Part shown: in pieces, positions 47,569-56,470 of the stretch
Layout of the letters: each line of letters opens with the position of its first letter
How positions within the stretch are numbered: the first letter of the stretch is position 1
Assembly: GCF_963976355.1 (NCBI RefSeq)
Contig: NZ_CAXBKA010000002.1
Span: 598,711 to 662,710 of the forward strand
From: an uncultured Sneathiella sp.
GTDB lineage: Bacteria; Pseudomonadota; Alphaproteobacteria; Sneathiellales; Sneathiellaceae
Direction: 5' to 3'
Length of the DNA stretch: 64,000 nt
Notes under the pieces: generated by a model
What the model saw: only the letters and a program-made list of their open reading frames with translations
What the model was told of the DNA's origin: nothing
Database searches by the model: none
Translations under genes and position numbers: made by a program

Positions 47569-48384
47569 ATGGATATAGAAACAGTCGCGGACGAGATCGT
47601 CCTGATCGCCACCGAATATGGTCTTGATGTGATCGGCGCGATCATCATTCTGATCATCGGCAACATCATCTCCAAGCAGGTGCCGAAGGTTCTTCAGAAA
47701 GTCATGGACAAGCGGGGCATTGATCCGACGGTCAGCCAGTTTCTTAGTAACTTCGCCCGTTTTGCCATTCTCGCGATCACCCTGCTGCTGGTGCTGGCGC
47801 AGTTCGGCGTACAGACCGCCAGCCTGATTGCCGTTCTCGGTGCCGCGGGCCTTGCCATCGGTCTCGCCCTGCAGGGCACGCTCAGCAATGTCGCAGGCGG
47901 CGTGATGCTGCTGATCTTCCGCCCGATGCGGGTCGGCAACTATGTCGAGGCGGGTGGCCATGGCGGCACGGTCAAGAATATCACCCTCTTCACCACGGAG
48001 TTGGCGACGGTCGATAACATCCAGGTGCTTATCCCCAATGGTCAGGTCTGGGGCAGCGCCATCCGCAATTACAGCTTCCATCCGACACGGCGCATGGATC
48101 TGGTGATCGGCATTGCCTATGAGGATGATATCGACAAGGCGCGTGACATCATTGATCGCCTGATCAAGGCGGACGAGCGGTCCCACAAGGAACCGGCCCA
48201 TGTGATCGAGGTGATCGAGCTTGCCGACAGTTCCGTGAATTTCACGGTCCGCGTCTGGTGCGACAACGGTAATTACTTCCCGCTGAAATTCGCACTGACC
48301 AAGGCGATCAAGCAGACGTTCGACAAGGAAGGAATCTCCATTCCCTATCCGCAGCGCACGGTGCATATGCTCACCGAAGACTGA
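47569..48384 (+). CDS. Small-conductance mechanosensitive channel (MscS family)
   Basis: 271 aa with three N-terminal TM helices, then the MscS beta-domain block FRPMRVGNYVEAGGHGGTVKNITLFTTEL. Confidence 0.85.
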   Translation: MDIETVADEIVLIATEYGLDVIGAIIILIIGNIISKQVPKVLQKVMDKRGIDPTVSQFLSNFARFAILAITLLLVLAQFGVQTASLIAVLGAAGLAIGLALQGTLSNVAGGVMLLIFRPMRVGNYVEAGGHGGTVKNITLFTTELATVDNIQVLIPNGQVWGSAIRNYSFHPTRRMDLVIGIAYEDDIDKARDIIDRLIKADERSHKEPAHVIEVIELADSSVNFTVRVWCDNGNYFPLKFALTKAIKQTFDKEGISIPYPQRTVHMLTED

Positions 48385-48442
48385 TAAATTCGCGCGCGCC
48401 GGTCTTTATGGTCGGCGCGGCATCCCGATTCCCCGCATTCCG

Positions 48443-48883
48443 TTATCCCTGATAATGATCGATGCCGTATTTATTCCAGAAGAAGGCGCGGATGTTGATC
48501 AGGAATGCCGTGCTCCAGCCGAACAGGATAATGCCGCTCACCGCCTGCAACGAGGCCGTAAGACTCCATTTCTCCGACAGGATGACATCGCCGTAGCCCA
48601 GCGTCGTGAAGGTCACGGTGGAGAAATAGAGCGCTTGGGGCAGGCCCGAAAGCTCGCCGCTCCCCCAATAAAACAGCGCCCAGAGCCAGGCCTCGATCGT
48701 ATGCGCTGCGAACAGGCCGAGCACGACGATGATCATGATGACGATATGCCCGTAGGTCGGCAGCCGCCGGTCCCACCGTGGCCCGATCGCCTTCAGGCGA
48801 CGGAGCAGCAACTCCAGGCAGACCGCGTGATTGATCACGCAGGCGATGATGAGTCCCGTTCCAACCAGCAGCTGGATGAGCAT
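48443..48883 (-). CDS. Minimal two-TM potassium channel (KcsA-like pore only)
   Basis: Selectivity filter TFTTLGYGD between two TM helices. ATG 48883 with SD GAGGAGA is preferred over the listed 48931. Confidence 0.8.
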   Translation of the reverse strand: MLIQLLVGTGLIIACVINHAVCLELLLRRLKAIGPRWDRRLPTYGHIVIMIIVVLGLFAAHTIEAWLWALFYWGSGELSGLPQALYFSTVTFTTLGYGDVILSEKWSLTASLQAVSGIILFGWSTAFLINIRAFFWNKYGIDHYQG

Positions 48884-48965
48884 ATGTATTCTCCTCTGGC
48901 AGATATGCGTTTGCGGTCTCCAGAATAGCACGGGAGACGGCGAATAAAAGGGATGGATGAAGGGC

Positions 48966-49796
48966 TCAGTCGTCCGTGACCGGTGTCAGGTTGCGAAGCT
49001 CCCCGATGACCGCGCGGCCGAGTTCATTGACCCGGAGTTCGGGGAAATCCCCCGTCGCATCGAGCAGGGAATTCACGTCCTTTTCCAGAATGCCGATGGT
49101 ATTGATGATGGAGTAGCCTTCCTTCGCCCAGGAGATTTTCTCCATATTATCGCCGAACCAGGTGGCGCCGGAGCTGCTGCTGGCAACCTCCAGCAGTTTG
49201 TCGGGCGGGAAATCGAGGGCTTTGGCCGCCTTCACCACCTCCCGCACGGCAATGACGGAGGTTGCGGCCAGCATGTTGTTGAGCACCTTGCAGGTCATGC
49301 CCGCGCCAAGAGCGCCGAGATGATTGATTTCATTGCCCATGACCCTGAAGGCGGGCATCAGCTTCTGCACCGCCTCAGCATCCCCGCCGACCATGAAGGT
49401 GAGGGTGCCCGTCTCGGCGCCATAGGGCGCGCCGGACATGGGCGCATCGATCAGGATCGTTTCCTCAGGGATCATTTCCCGCAGGCGGTTAATCTGCTTC
49501 GGCGACAGGGTGGAGGAGATGATGAGAATTTCCGGATTTGCCTTGCCTGTGAAAAGACCATTCTCGCCGAGACAGAGTTCCTCCGTCTGGTGCCAGTCTC
49601 GCACCACGGAAATAATGATGGGGCAGCGGGCGGCGAGGGCGGCGGCGCTCTCCTGCATTTTTCCTGCGAAAGAGCCGAAATCCTCCGCTGGCCGGACGTC
49701 ATATCCGAATACTTCAAATCCGGCGCCCTGTAACTGCTGCGCCATCGGCAGGCCCATTGAGCCGCAACCTGCCACACCGATTGCCGGTAATGTCAT
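48966..49796 (-). CDS. NAD(P)-dependent beta-hydroxyacid dehydrogenase (3-hydroxyisobutyrate/6-phosphogluconate dehydrogenase-like)
   Basis: N-terminal Rossmann IGVAGCGSMGLPMAQQL and the family block GAGMTCKVLNNM. Confidence 0.8.
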   Translation of the reverse strand: MTLPAIGVAGCGSMGLPMAQQLQGAGFEVFGYDVRPAEDFGSFAGKMQESAAALAARCPIIISVVRDWHQTEELCLGENGLFTGKANPEILIISSTLSPKQINRLREMIPEETILIDAPMSGAPYGAETGTLTFMVGGDAEAVQKLMPAFRVMGNEINHLGALGAGMTCKVLNNMLAATSVIAVREVVKAAKALDFPPDKLLEVASSSSGATWFGDNMEKISWAKEGYSIINTIGILEKDVNSLLDATGDFPELRVNELGRAVIGELRNLTPVTDD

Positions 49797-49977
49797 GCCA
49801 CCCTCCCTCTGTTTTATTAACTATACCTCATTTTCGCGCGCGGCGTCATCTTTCAGTTTGACGGGGAAATGGGCTAATTGGACCCTATAATTAGATAAAA
49901 CCGGCCCTTTTAAACAAACCAATTTTGCATGAATATATACTCAGATTATTTCGCCCTTTTTATAAGAGGATAATGTC

Positions 49978-52005
49978 ATGTCTGTTGAACTTGCCAGCGT
50001 CTGCCCGCTCGACTGCCCCGATACCTGCAGCCTTACCGTTACGGTGGAGGATGGCCAGGTTTCAAAAGTGCGCGGCTCCACGGCCAATCCGCTGACCAAT
50101 GGCGTTGTCTGCAACAAGGTCGCGCGGTATTACCCCGACTTCGTCCATGGCAAGAACCGCCTGCGCCATCCGATGAAGCGCGTCGGGCCGAAAGGCGGGG
50201 AGGAGTTCGCGCGGATTTCCTGGGACGAGGCGCTCGATACCATCCATGAACGCTTCTCGGCAATTATCGAGGAACATGGGCCGCAGGCGATCATGCCCTA
50301 TAACTATGCCGGGCCGCATGGCCTGCTGGCGATGGGGTCGATGGACCTTAGGTTCTTCCACCGGCTGGGCGCAACACTCCTGTTCCGGCGGGCGATGTGC
50401 GGCGGCGTGAAATCGGAGGCCTTTATGGGCACCTTCGGCGCCGCGGGCGCAATGCAGCCCGAACAATGCGCCAATTCCAAGCTGATCGTCGTCTGGGGCA
50501 ACAATGTCACCTATTGCAACCTCCATCTCGCACCGATCATCAAGAAGGCAAAGGCGGAGGGCGCAAAGCTCGTCGTTGTCGATCCGAAACGCATCAAGAT
50601 AGCCGAGCAGGCGGATATGTATCTTCCCGTCAAGCCGGGCATGGACCTGATCCTCGCCTGGGCCATCGCGGTTGAGCTGGAGAAGATCGGCGGGTTCGAT
50701 CCGGCCTTCATCGATGCGCATGTCGAGGGGGCGGAAGAATTCTTGGCGGAAGCCCGGAAGTTCACTATCGAGGAATCTTCCGATCTTTGCGGGGTATCGG
50801 TTGCGGATATTCGCGCCTTTGCAAGGCTTTACAAGGACACCAGCCCGGCGGCGATTTCCGTCGGCAACGGGCTTGAACGCAATCAGAACGGCGGCAACGG
50901 TATCCGGGCCATTTTCGCTCTCCCCGCCCTAGCCGGGAAGTTCGGCGTGGCGGGCGGCGGCATCGTCGGCGGCGCCGGGAACCTGTTCCCGAAAACTCCG
51001 GCCAAGCTGCAGCGGCCGGACCTCGTGCCGGAGGGCACCCGGACCCTCAATATCGTCGATATCGGGCGGCATCTGGTAGAGGATGATCTCGATATCCCGC
51101 TGAAGGGCCTGTTTATCTATAACCACAACCCGATCGTTGTCTCGCCGGATCAGAATGTGACGCGCCAGGGGCTTGAGCGGAAGGATATCTTCACCGTCGG
51201 CTGCGATGTCGCGATGACGGACAGCATGAAATATTGCGATATCATCCTGCCCGCCGCCACCCATTTCGAGCATGACGATATCTTCTGCGCCTATGGCCAG
51301 CCCTATCTGCAGCGGGCGGAGCCGGTGATCGCGCCGGTCGGCGAATCGCTGCCCAATACGGAGATTTTCCGCCGTCTTGCCGCCCGTTTCGGCTTTAACG
51401 AGGATATTTTCAAGGCCAGTGACAAGGATCTGATGGACGATGCCATCGATGGCAGCGATCCGCGCCTCAAGGGCCACCGGGCCAGCGAAATTCCGATCGG
51501 AACGGCGCTCTCCATGGAGCGGGGCGGGGAGGATACCATCCTGTTCCTGAACGCGACACCGGCAACCCCGTCGGGCAGGATCGAGCTTAAATCCGCCTAT
51601 CTTCGGGACAAGTTCGGGCAGGAGGTGCCAACATATCATCCGGTTGCGGACAGTCTGCCGCTTTCCCTCGTCACGCCGTCCTCGAACAAGATGATCACCT
51701 CCACCTTTGGCGGGGTGAAGGCGAATGACGATGTGCCCGATCTTGAAATGCACCCCGTGGATGCCGCCGCGCGCGGCCTTGAGGACGGGGTACGGGTCCG
51801 CATCTATAACGATCTCGGCGAGGTTTTCCTGCCGCTTAAAATCACTGAAAATGTGCGCCCCGGTGTGCTATATTCGCCCAAGGGCTCCTGGTTCAAGACA
51901 ACAACGAACAACCAGACAGTCTCGGCGCTTGCGCCCACCACCAAGGCGGACCTGTCCGAGGGCGCCTGTTTCAATGATTGCCGGGTCGAGGTGGTTGCCG
52001 CCTGA
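49978..52005 (+). CDS. Molybdopterin oxidoreductase family protein (single-subunit, cytoplasmic type)
   Basis: 675 aa. N-terminal 4Fe-4S motif CPLDCPDTCSL...VCNKV and molybdopterin dinucleotide-binding-type C-terminus. Confidence 0.8.
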   Translation: MSVELASVCPLDCPDTCSLTVTVEDGQVSKVRGSTANPLTNGVVCNKVARYYPDFVHGKNRLRHPMKRVGPKGGEEFARISWDEALDTIHERFSAIIEEHGPQAIMPYNYAGPHGLLAMGSMDLRFFHRLGATLLFRRAMCGGVKSEAFMGTFGAAGAMQPEQCANSKLIVVWGNNVTYCNLHLAPIIKKAKAEGAKLVVVDPKRIKIAEQADMYLPVKPGMDLILAWAIAVELEKIGGFDPAFIDAHVEGAEEFLAEARKFTIEESSDLCGVSVADIRAFARLYKDTSPAAISVGNGLERNQNGGNGIRAIFALPALAGKFGVAGGGIVGGAGNLFPKTPAKLQRPDLVPEGTRTLNIVDIGRHLVEDDLDIPLKGLFIYNHNPIVVSPDQNVTRQGLERKDIFTVGCDVAMTDSMKYCDIILPAATHFEHDDIFCAYGQPYLQRAEPVIAPVGESLPNTEIFRRLAARFGFNEDIFKASDKDLMDDAIDGSDPRLKGHRASEIPIGTALSMERGGEDTILFLNATPATPSGRIELKSAYLRDKFGQEVPTYHPVADSLPLSLVTPSSNKMITSTFGGVKANDDVPDLEMHPVDAAARGLEDGVRVRIYNDLGEVFLPLKITENVRPGVLYSPKGSWFKTTTNNQTVSALAPTTKADLSEGACFNDCRVEVVAA

Positions 52006-52019
52006 TCCGAGGAGGAAAG

Positions 52020-52460
52020 ATGAGTAACCGGGAGAATGAGACGCCCGAAGCCGAGGGCGGCTGTCTGTGCGGCGGAATCAGGTTCAAGATATATCAGCGG
52101 TTGCGCCCTGTGGTCGTCTGCCATTGCAAGCAATGCCGGCAGACGGCGGGTTATCTCAATGGCTTTACCGTGAGCCTGCCGGAGAATCTCGAGTTTACGG
52201 CGGATGACACGCTGACCTGGTATGAAAGTTCGGACGAGGCGAAGCGCGGCTTCTGCAACAAATGCGGCTCCAGCATCTTCTGGACCTACAAGTCCGGCGG
52301 CAATATGGGGATCGCGCCGGGATCGCTGGACGAGCCGACGAAGCTGACGACGGCCATGCATATTTTCACGGAATTTGCCGGTGATTATTACGAGATTACC
52401 GATGGATTGCCGCAGCGCCTTGGGCAGCGCCATCCCGACGACATTCTCGAGCCGGGCTGA
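52020..52460 (+). CDS. GFA/CENP-V family protein (glutathione-dependent formaldehyde-activating-enzyme fold)
   Basis: Zinc Cys motifs GGCLCGGIRF, CHCKQCR and FCNKCGS. ATG 52020 with SD GAGGAGGA. Confidence 0.8.
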   Translation: MSNRENETPEAEGGCLCGGIRFKIYQRLRPVVVCHCKQCRQTAGYLNGFTVSLPENLEFTADDTLTWYESSDEAKRGFCNKCGSSIFWTYKSGGNMGIAPGSLDEPTKLTTAMHIFTEFAGDYYEITDGLPQRLGQRHPDDILEPG

Positions 52461-52525
52461 GATTTTGCTTGGGGCCCGCGCCGACTTTCCGTTAAACAGG
52501 AAGCTGTTTTTTCGGGGAGAATGAG

Positions 52526-53800
52526 TTGCGACAAGAGCCCAAGGATTTTCTGGACAACCTGTTCAAGGCGGCGGTCGGTGCCGCCGATCCGCTGTCGACG
52601 CTGGCGGGTTTCCTGCCGCCCCCGCCCAAGGGCCGGACCATCGTCATCGGCGCAGGCAAGGCCGCGGCGGCCATGGCAAAGGCGGTCGAGGATCACTGGG
52701 ACGGACCGCTTGAGGGGCTCGTCATCACCCGCTATGAACATGGCCTGCCTCTGGATAAGATCAGAGTGGTCGAGGCGGGGCATCCGGTGCCCGATGCGGA
52801 AGGCGCGAAGGCCGCCGATGATATCCTCGCGCTGCTGAACGGTCTCTCAGAGGATGATCTGGTGCTCTGCCTGATTTCCGGCGGAGGCTCCTCGCTGCTC
52901 GCAAAGCCCGGAGAGGGCATTACGCTGGATGAGAAAAAGGCGATCACCAAGGCCCTGCTGGCCTCCGGTGCCAACATCACCGAGATGAATACTCTTAGAA
53001 AGCATCTCTCCGCCATCAAGGGCGGGCGGCTGGCCGTTGCCGCCCATCCGGCAAGAGTCGTCACCCTCATGATCTCCGACGTGCCGGGCGATGATCCGGC
53101 GGTGATTGCGTCGGGACCGACCGTGCCCGATGCGACAACCTCCCGCGATGCCCGCGCGGTGCTGGAGAAATATGGGATCGAAATCCCGCCCTCCATCGAC
53201 GCGTATCTTGACAGCGACGCCTCGGAATCGCCCTCACCGTCGCATCCGGTGTTCGCCGCCGCCGTCAGCAGGATGATCGCAACGCCGCAGATGTCGCTCG
53301 CCGCCGCCGCCGATATTGCCGCGTCGAACAGCATCACGCCGGTCATCCTCGGCGACACAATCGAAGGGGAGGCGAAGGATGTCGCCGCTGTCATGGCGGC
53401 CATTGCCCGGCAGGTGAAATTCCATGATCAGCCTGCGGCGAAGCCCTGTGTCCTGATCTCGGGCGGAGAGACGACCGTGACGGTCAGGAGCGGGGGCGGC
53501 GAAACCGGGCGCGGCGGGCGCAATGCGGAATTCCTGCTCGCCCTCGCGGTGCATCTGGACGGCCTGGCGGATGTCTATGCGCTTGCCTGCGACACCGACG
53601 GTATCGACGGAACCGAGGATAATGCGGGCGCGATTATCACGCCGGACACGCTGAAACGCGCCGCCGGGGCGGGTCTGGACGCCAAGGGCTATCTCGTGCG
53701 GCATGACAGCTACAGCCTGTTCGATGCCATTGGTGATCTGATCAAGACGGGACCGACCCGCACCAATGTCAATGACTTCCGCGCCATCCTGATTCTGTAA
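52526..53800 (+). CDS. Glycerate 2-kinase / hydroxypyruvate-reductase-like (MOFRL family, TtuD-type)
   Basis: 424 aa with the blocks GAGKAAAAMA, ISGGGSSLL and a C-terminal GPTRTNVNDFRAILI. TTG start with SD GGGGAGA. Confidence 0.8.
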   Translation: MRQEPKDFLDNLFKAAVGAADPLSTLAGFLPPPPKGRTIVIGAGKAAAAMAKAVEDHWDGPLEGLVITRYEHGLPLDKIRVVEAGHPVPDAEGAKAADDILALLNGLSEDDLVLCLISGGGSSLLAKPGEGITLDEKKAITKALLASGANITEMNTLRKHLSAIKGGRLAVAAHPARVVTLMISDVPGDDPAVIASGPTVPDATTSRDARAVLEKYGIEIPPSIDAYLDSDASESPSPSHPVFAAAVSRMIATPQMSLAAAADIAASNSITPVILGDTIEGEAKDVAAVMAAIARQVKFHDQPAAKPCVLISGGETTVTVRSGGGETGRGGRNAEFLLALAVHLDGLADVYALACDTDGIDGTEDNAGAIITPDTLKRAAGAGLDAKGYLVRHDSYSLFDAIGDLIKTGPTRTNVNDFRAILIL

Positions 53801-53868
53801 GATATCATGAAACAGCCGAGTGATTCTGTCCGGGCTTAATAGTAACCCGCGCCGAAGCCCGCCGCGCT

Positions 53869-54297
53869 CTACTGCCGGCGCAGGACGAAACAGACGGCCA
53901 CCATCGATTTGCCGGTCTCCTGCAGGCAGAGCTCCATCTCGGTATCCGACAGGAGCGTCCCACTGAAATAGCTGTCCTCGTCGACGAACACGACGCTTTC
54001 CCGGTTGGCCCTGACGGCGCCGATGAGGGTCTCGCTGCGTGAGGGCGAGCTCCATGTGCCGATCAGCCCGCCGCCGTCCTGTTTCGTGATGGTCAGCGTC
54101 CATAGAACGGTCGGATTCCGAATCTCCGGGCCGGCCGTCGGGTTGACATGCTGGAGCTGGCCCGACACCGCACCCCAGCCGGTGCCCGACCAGGCGCCGC
54201 GAAGATCGGGGAACGCCTCCTGCGCCGCGAGCGGTGGGACCGGCAGGATCAGGGCGGCGGTGATGGCGAGCGCGGCCAAGCGGGGGTACAGGCGCAT
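53869..54297 (-). CDS. Secreted hypothetical protein
   Basis: Signal peptide MRLYPRLAALAITAALILPVPPLAAQ from ATG 54297 (SD GAGGAGA). I recognise no family. Confidence 0.5.
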   Translation of the reverse strand: MRLYPRLAALAITAALILPVPPLAAQEAFPDLRGAWSGTGWGAVSGQLQHVNPTAGPEIRNPTVLWTLTITKQDGGGLIGTWSSPSRSETLIGAVRANRESVVFVDEDSYFSGTLLSDTEMELCLQETGKSMVAVCFVLRRQ

Positions 54298-54747
54298 GAT
54301 CAAGGTCTCCTCGTCTAAATTGAACAACAGAATTGGAGTAACTTACGGTTGAGGTAGCCTCCTGCTAGAGATAACCTCATGACGCCCCAAAAGGCTCACA
54401 ATGTCGGAATCTACCAGCATTCCACAAGTGGCCTGCAGAGCGAGCTCAAGCTAGACGGATTTTATTAGCCGATCAAGTATTTTGCTCTCCCGGTTTCATC
54501 AGCGGTCTCTTTAACGCATAAATACCGGCGGTTTGGAGCTCAAATCTGAACCATCCTGATCCGGCACTGCCGGTTTTCCGCGTCGCTGGCAGAGCGGTCG
54601 CGCCGTCATCGTTTGAGTTGGGGCCGGATTTTGGTTGCCTGTATGACGGTGGTGCCCGCAAACAGAGAATTGCAACAATAATGGTATGCAGCATGGTGCC
54701 CGCCACCGCGACGTCGGCCAGCATGAAGATGAGGGCGCGGGCGCCGT

Positions 54748-55323
54748 CTAGATCTGCTTGCCCATCAGCACGACGAGCAGGGCGCGGGCTTCGGCGTCCG
54801 TCGCGTTCCTGATCTCATGCGGTTGATCGGCGGCGTAGCGGGCCGTCTCGCCGGGCCGCACCATTTCCGTCTCGATTCCCGCCTGGACCGTCAGTTCCCC
54901 GGCAAAAACCGTCAGATGCTCGGTCGTCCGGGAGGTATGCGGATTTGAGGTCATCTTGCCGCCGGGCTTCATGGTCAGCTCATACCATTCCATATCATTG
55001 ACGAGACTGGCCGGCCCCAGGACTTTGAGGCTGTATTGCCCCTTGGTGTCATTCAGGACCGGGACGGAGGCACCGCTGACCACGGTCAGGCTGTGGCCGG
55101 GTTCCTCTCCGCGCACGATATCATCGATGGTCTCGCCCAGCGCCTCCGCCAGCCGCCAGACAGTGGCAAGGGTTGGGTTTGTCTCATTACGCTCTATCTG
55201 GGACAGCATGGACTTCGACACGCCACAGACAGCCGCCAGCTGATCGAGCGTGAGATGTTTCTCCTTGCGGAGGCGGTTTATGGTTTGCCCCACGGCGGGG
55301 GGATTATTCAGGCGATCCGACAT
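54748..55323 (-). CDS. XRE-family HTH transcriptional regulator with a C-terminal cupin domain
   Basis: HTH block LTLDQLAAVCGVSKSMLSQIERNETNPTLATVWRLAEAL, followed by a cupin beta-barrel region (HLTVFAGELTV...GETARYAADQPHEIRN). Confidence 0.85.
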   Translation of the reverse strand: MSDRLNNPPAVGQTINRLRKEKHLTLDQLAAVCGVSKSMLSQIERNETNPTLATVWRLAEALGETIDDIVRGEEPGHSLTVVSGASVPVLNDTKGQYSLKVLGPASLVNDMEWYELTMKPGGKMTSNPHTSRTTEHLTVFAGELTVQAGIETEMVRPGETARYAADQPHEIRNATDAEARALLVVLMGKQI

Positions 55324-55337
55324 TTTTCCGATTGACA

Positions 55338-55388
55338 GGAATTAAATCCAATATATTTTACGAAATACAATATAACGGATTTTATTCC
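55338..55388. promoter_or_regulatory. Large imperfect palindrome (candidate operator) in the XRE-cupin / tdh divergent region
   Basis: GGAATTAAATCCAATATATT-N11-AATATAACGGATTTTATTCC. 17 of 20 arm positions are complementary by my hand alignment. Confidence 0.45.
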
Positions 55389-55411
55389 AACGCACAACAC
55401 ATAGGTGTCCC

Positions 55412-56470
55412 ATGTTCACAATAGCCAAAACCGAAGCCGCCCGCGGCATCTGGTCCGCGTTCAAAGAAACCTTAAGCGAACCGGCGCGCGGCATGGTCAT
55501 GGTGGACGTGATCGCTGCCGGGATCTGCGGGACCGACTATCATATCTATAGCTGGGATGCCTGGTCCGCCGGGCGCATCAAGACGCCGATGACCATCGGA
55601 CATGAATTCGTCGGGCGAATCTCCGCCATCGGCGAGGGCGTCACCGGCTATAGCATCGGCGACCGGGTCTCCGCCGAATGTCATATCGCCTGCGGGGAAT
55701 GCCATTTCTGCCGCACGGGCAACGCCCATATCTGCGAGAAGACGAGCATTATCGGCGTCGACCGCCCCGGCGCCTTCGCCGAACAGGTGGAAGTCCCGGC
55801 GAGCAATCTCTGGCGGGTGCCGGACGCTATCCCCGACAAACATGCCGCCGTGTTCGATCCGGTTGGCAATGCCATGCATATGGTCGCGACCGCGAAAGTA
55901 ACGGCGAAGAATGTGCTGATTGTCGGCGGTGGCCCCATCGGGCTTTTCGCGGCGGCGATTGCCAAGGCCCATGGCGCCCGCACCGTGGCGCTGCAGGAGC
56001 CGAACCAGGCCCGCGCCGCCATCGCCCGGAGCCTCGATCTTGATCTTGTGATCAATCCGCGCGATCCCGGCGCGTCCGAGGAGATTCTCGCGCTCACCGG
56101 CGGCCATGGCCCGGAAGTCATCCTGGAAGTGAGCGGCAACGGCAAGGCGCTCAATGCGTCGCTCGATATCGCTGCGCCGGGGGCCGTCGTTGCGCTTCTT
56201 GGCATTCCCGCCGGACTGGTCGAGCTTGACCTTGGCGCCAAGGTGGTGATGAAGGGGGTCAGCCTGATCGGCATCACCGGACGGCGCATGTACGAGACCT
56301 GGTATCAGGTCGAGGCCTTCATGCTGAAAAACCCGGACCTGATGGACAAGGTGATCACCCATGTCCTGCCGGCGACGGACTTCGCCCATGGCTTTGAGTT
56401 GATGGATGAAGGCGCCTGCGGCAAGATTGTCCTTGATTTTCAGACGTTAGACCAAAGGTTACCCATATGA
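55412..56470 (+). CDS. tdh: L-threonine 3-dehydrogenase
   Basis: Zn-MDR motifs AAGICGTDYH and GHEFVG, the structural-zinc Cys cluster CGECHFCRTGNAHIC, and pairing with kbl. Confidence 0.9.
   Translation: MFTIAKTEAARGIWSAFKETLSEPARGMVMVDVIAAGICGTDYHIYSWDAWSAGRIKTPMTIGHEFVGRISAIGEGVTGYSIGDRVSAECHIACGECHFCRTGNAHICEKTSIIGVDRPGAFAEQVEVPASNLWRVPDAIPDKHAAVFDPVGNAMHMVATAKVTAKNVLIVGGGPIGLFAAAIAKAHGARTVALQEPNQARAAIARSLDLDLVINPRDPGASEEILALTGGHGPEVILEVSGNGKALNASLDIAAPGAVVALLGIPAGLVELDLGAKVVMKGVSLIGITGRRMYETWYQVEAFMLKNPDLMDKVITHVLPATDFAHGFELMDEGACGKIVLDFQTLDQRLPI

Noticed and set aside
54473-54724. 83-aa minus-strand ORF downstream of the XRE-cupin gene.
   Set aside because: It has no SD, no recognisable motif and odd composition. 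It is more likely non-coding or a gene remnant.
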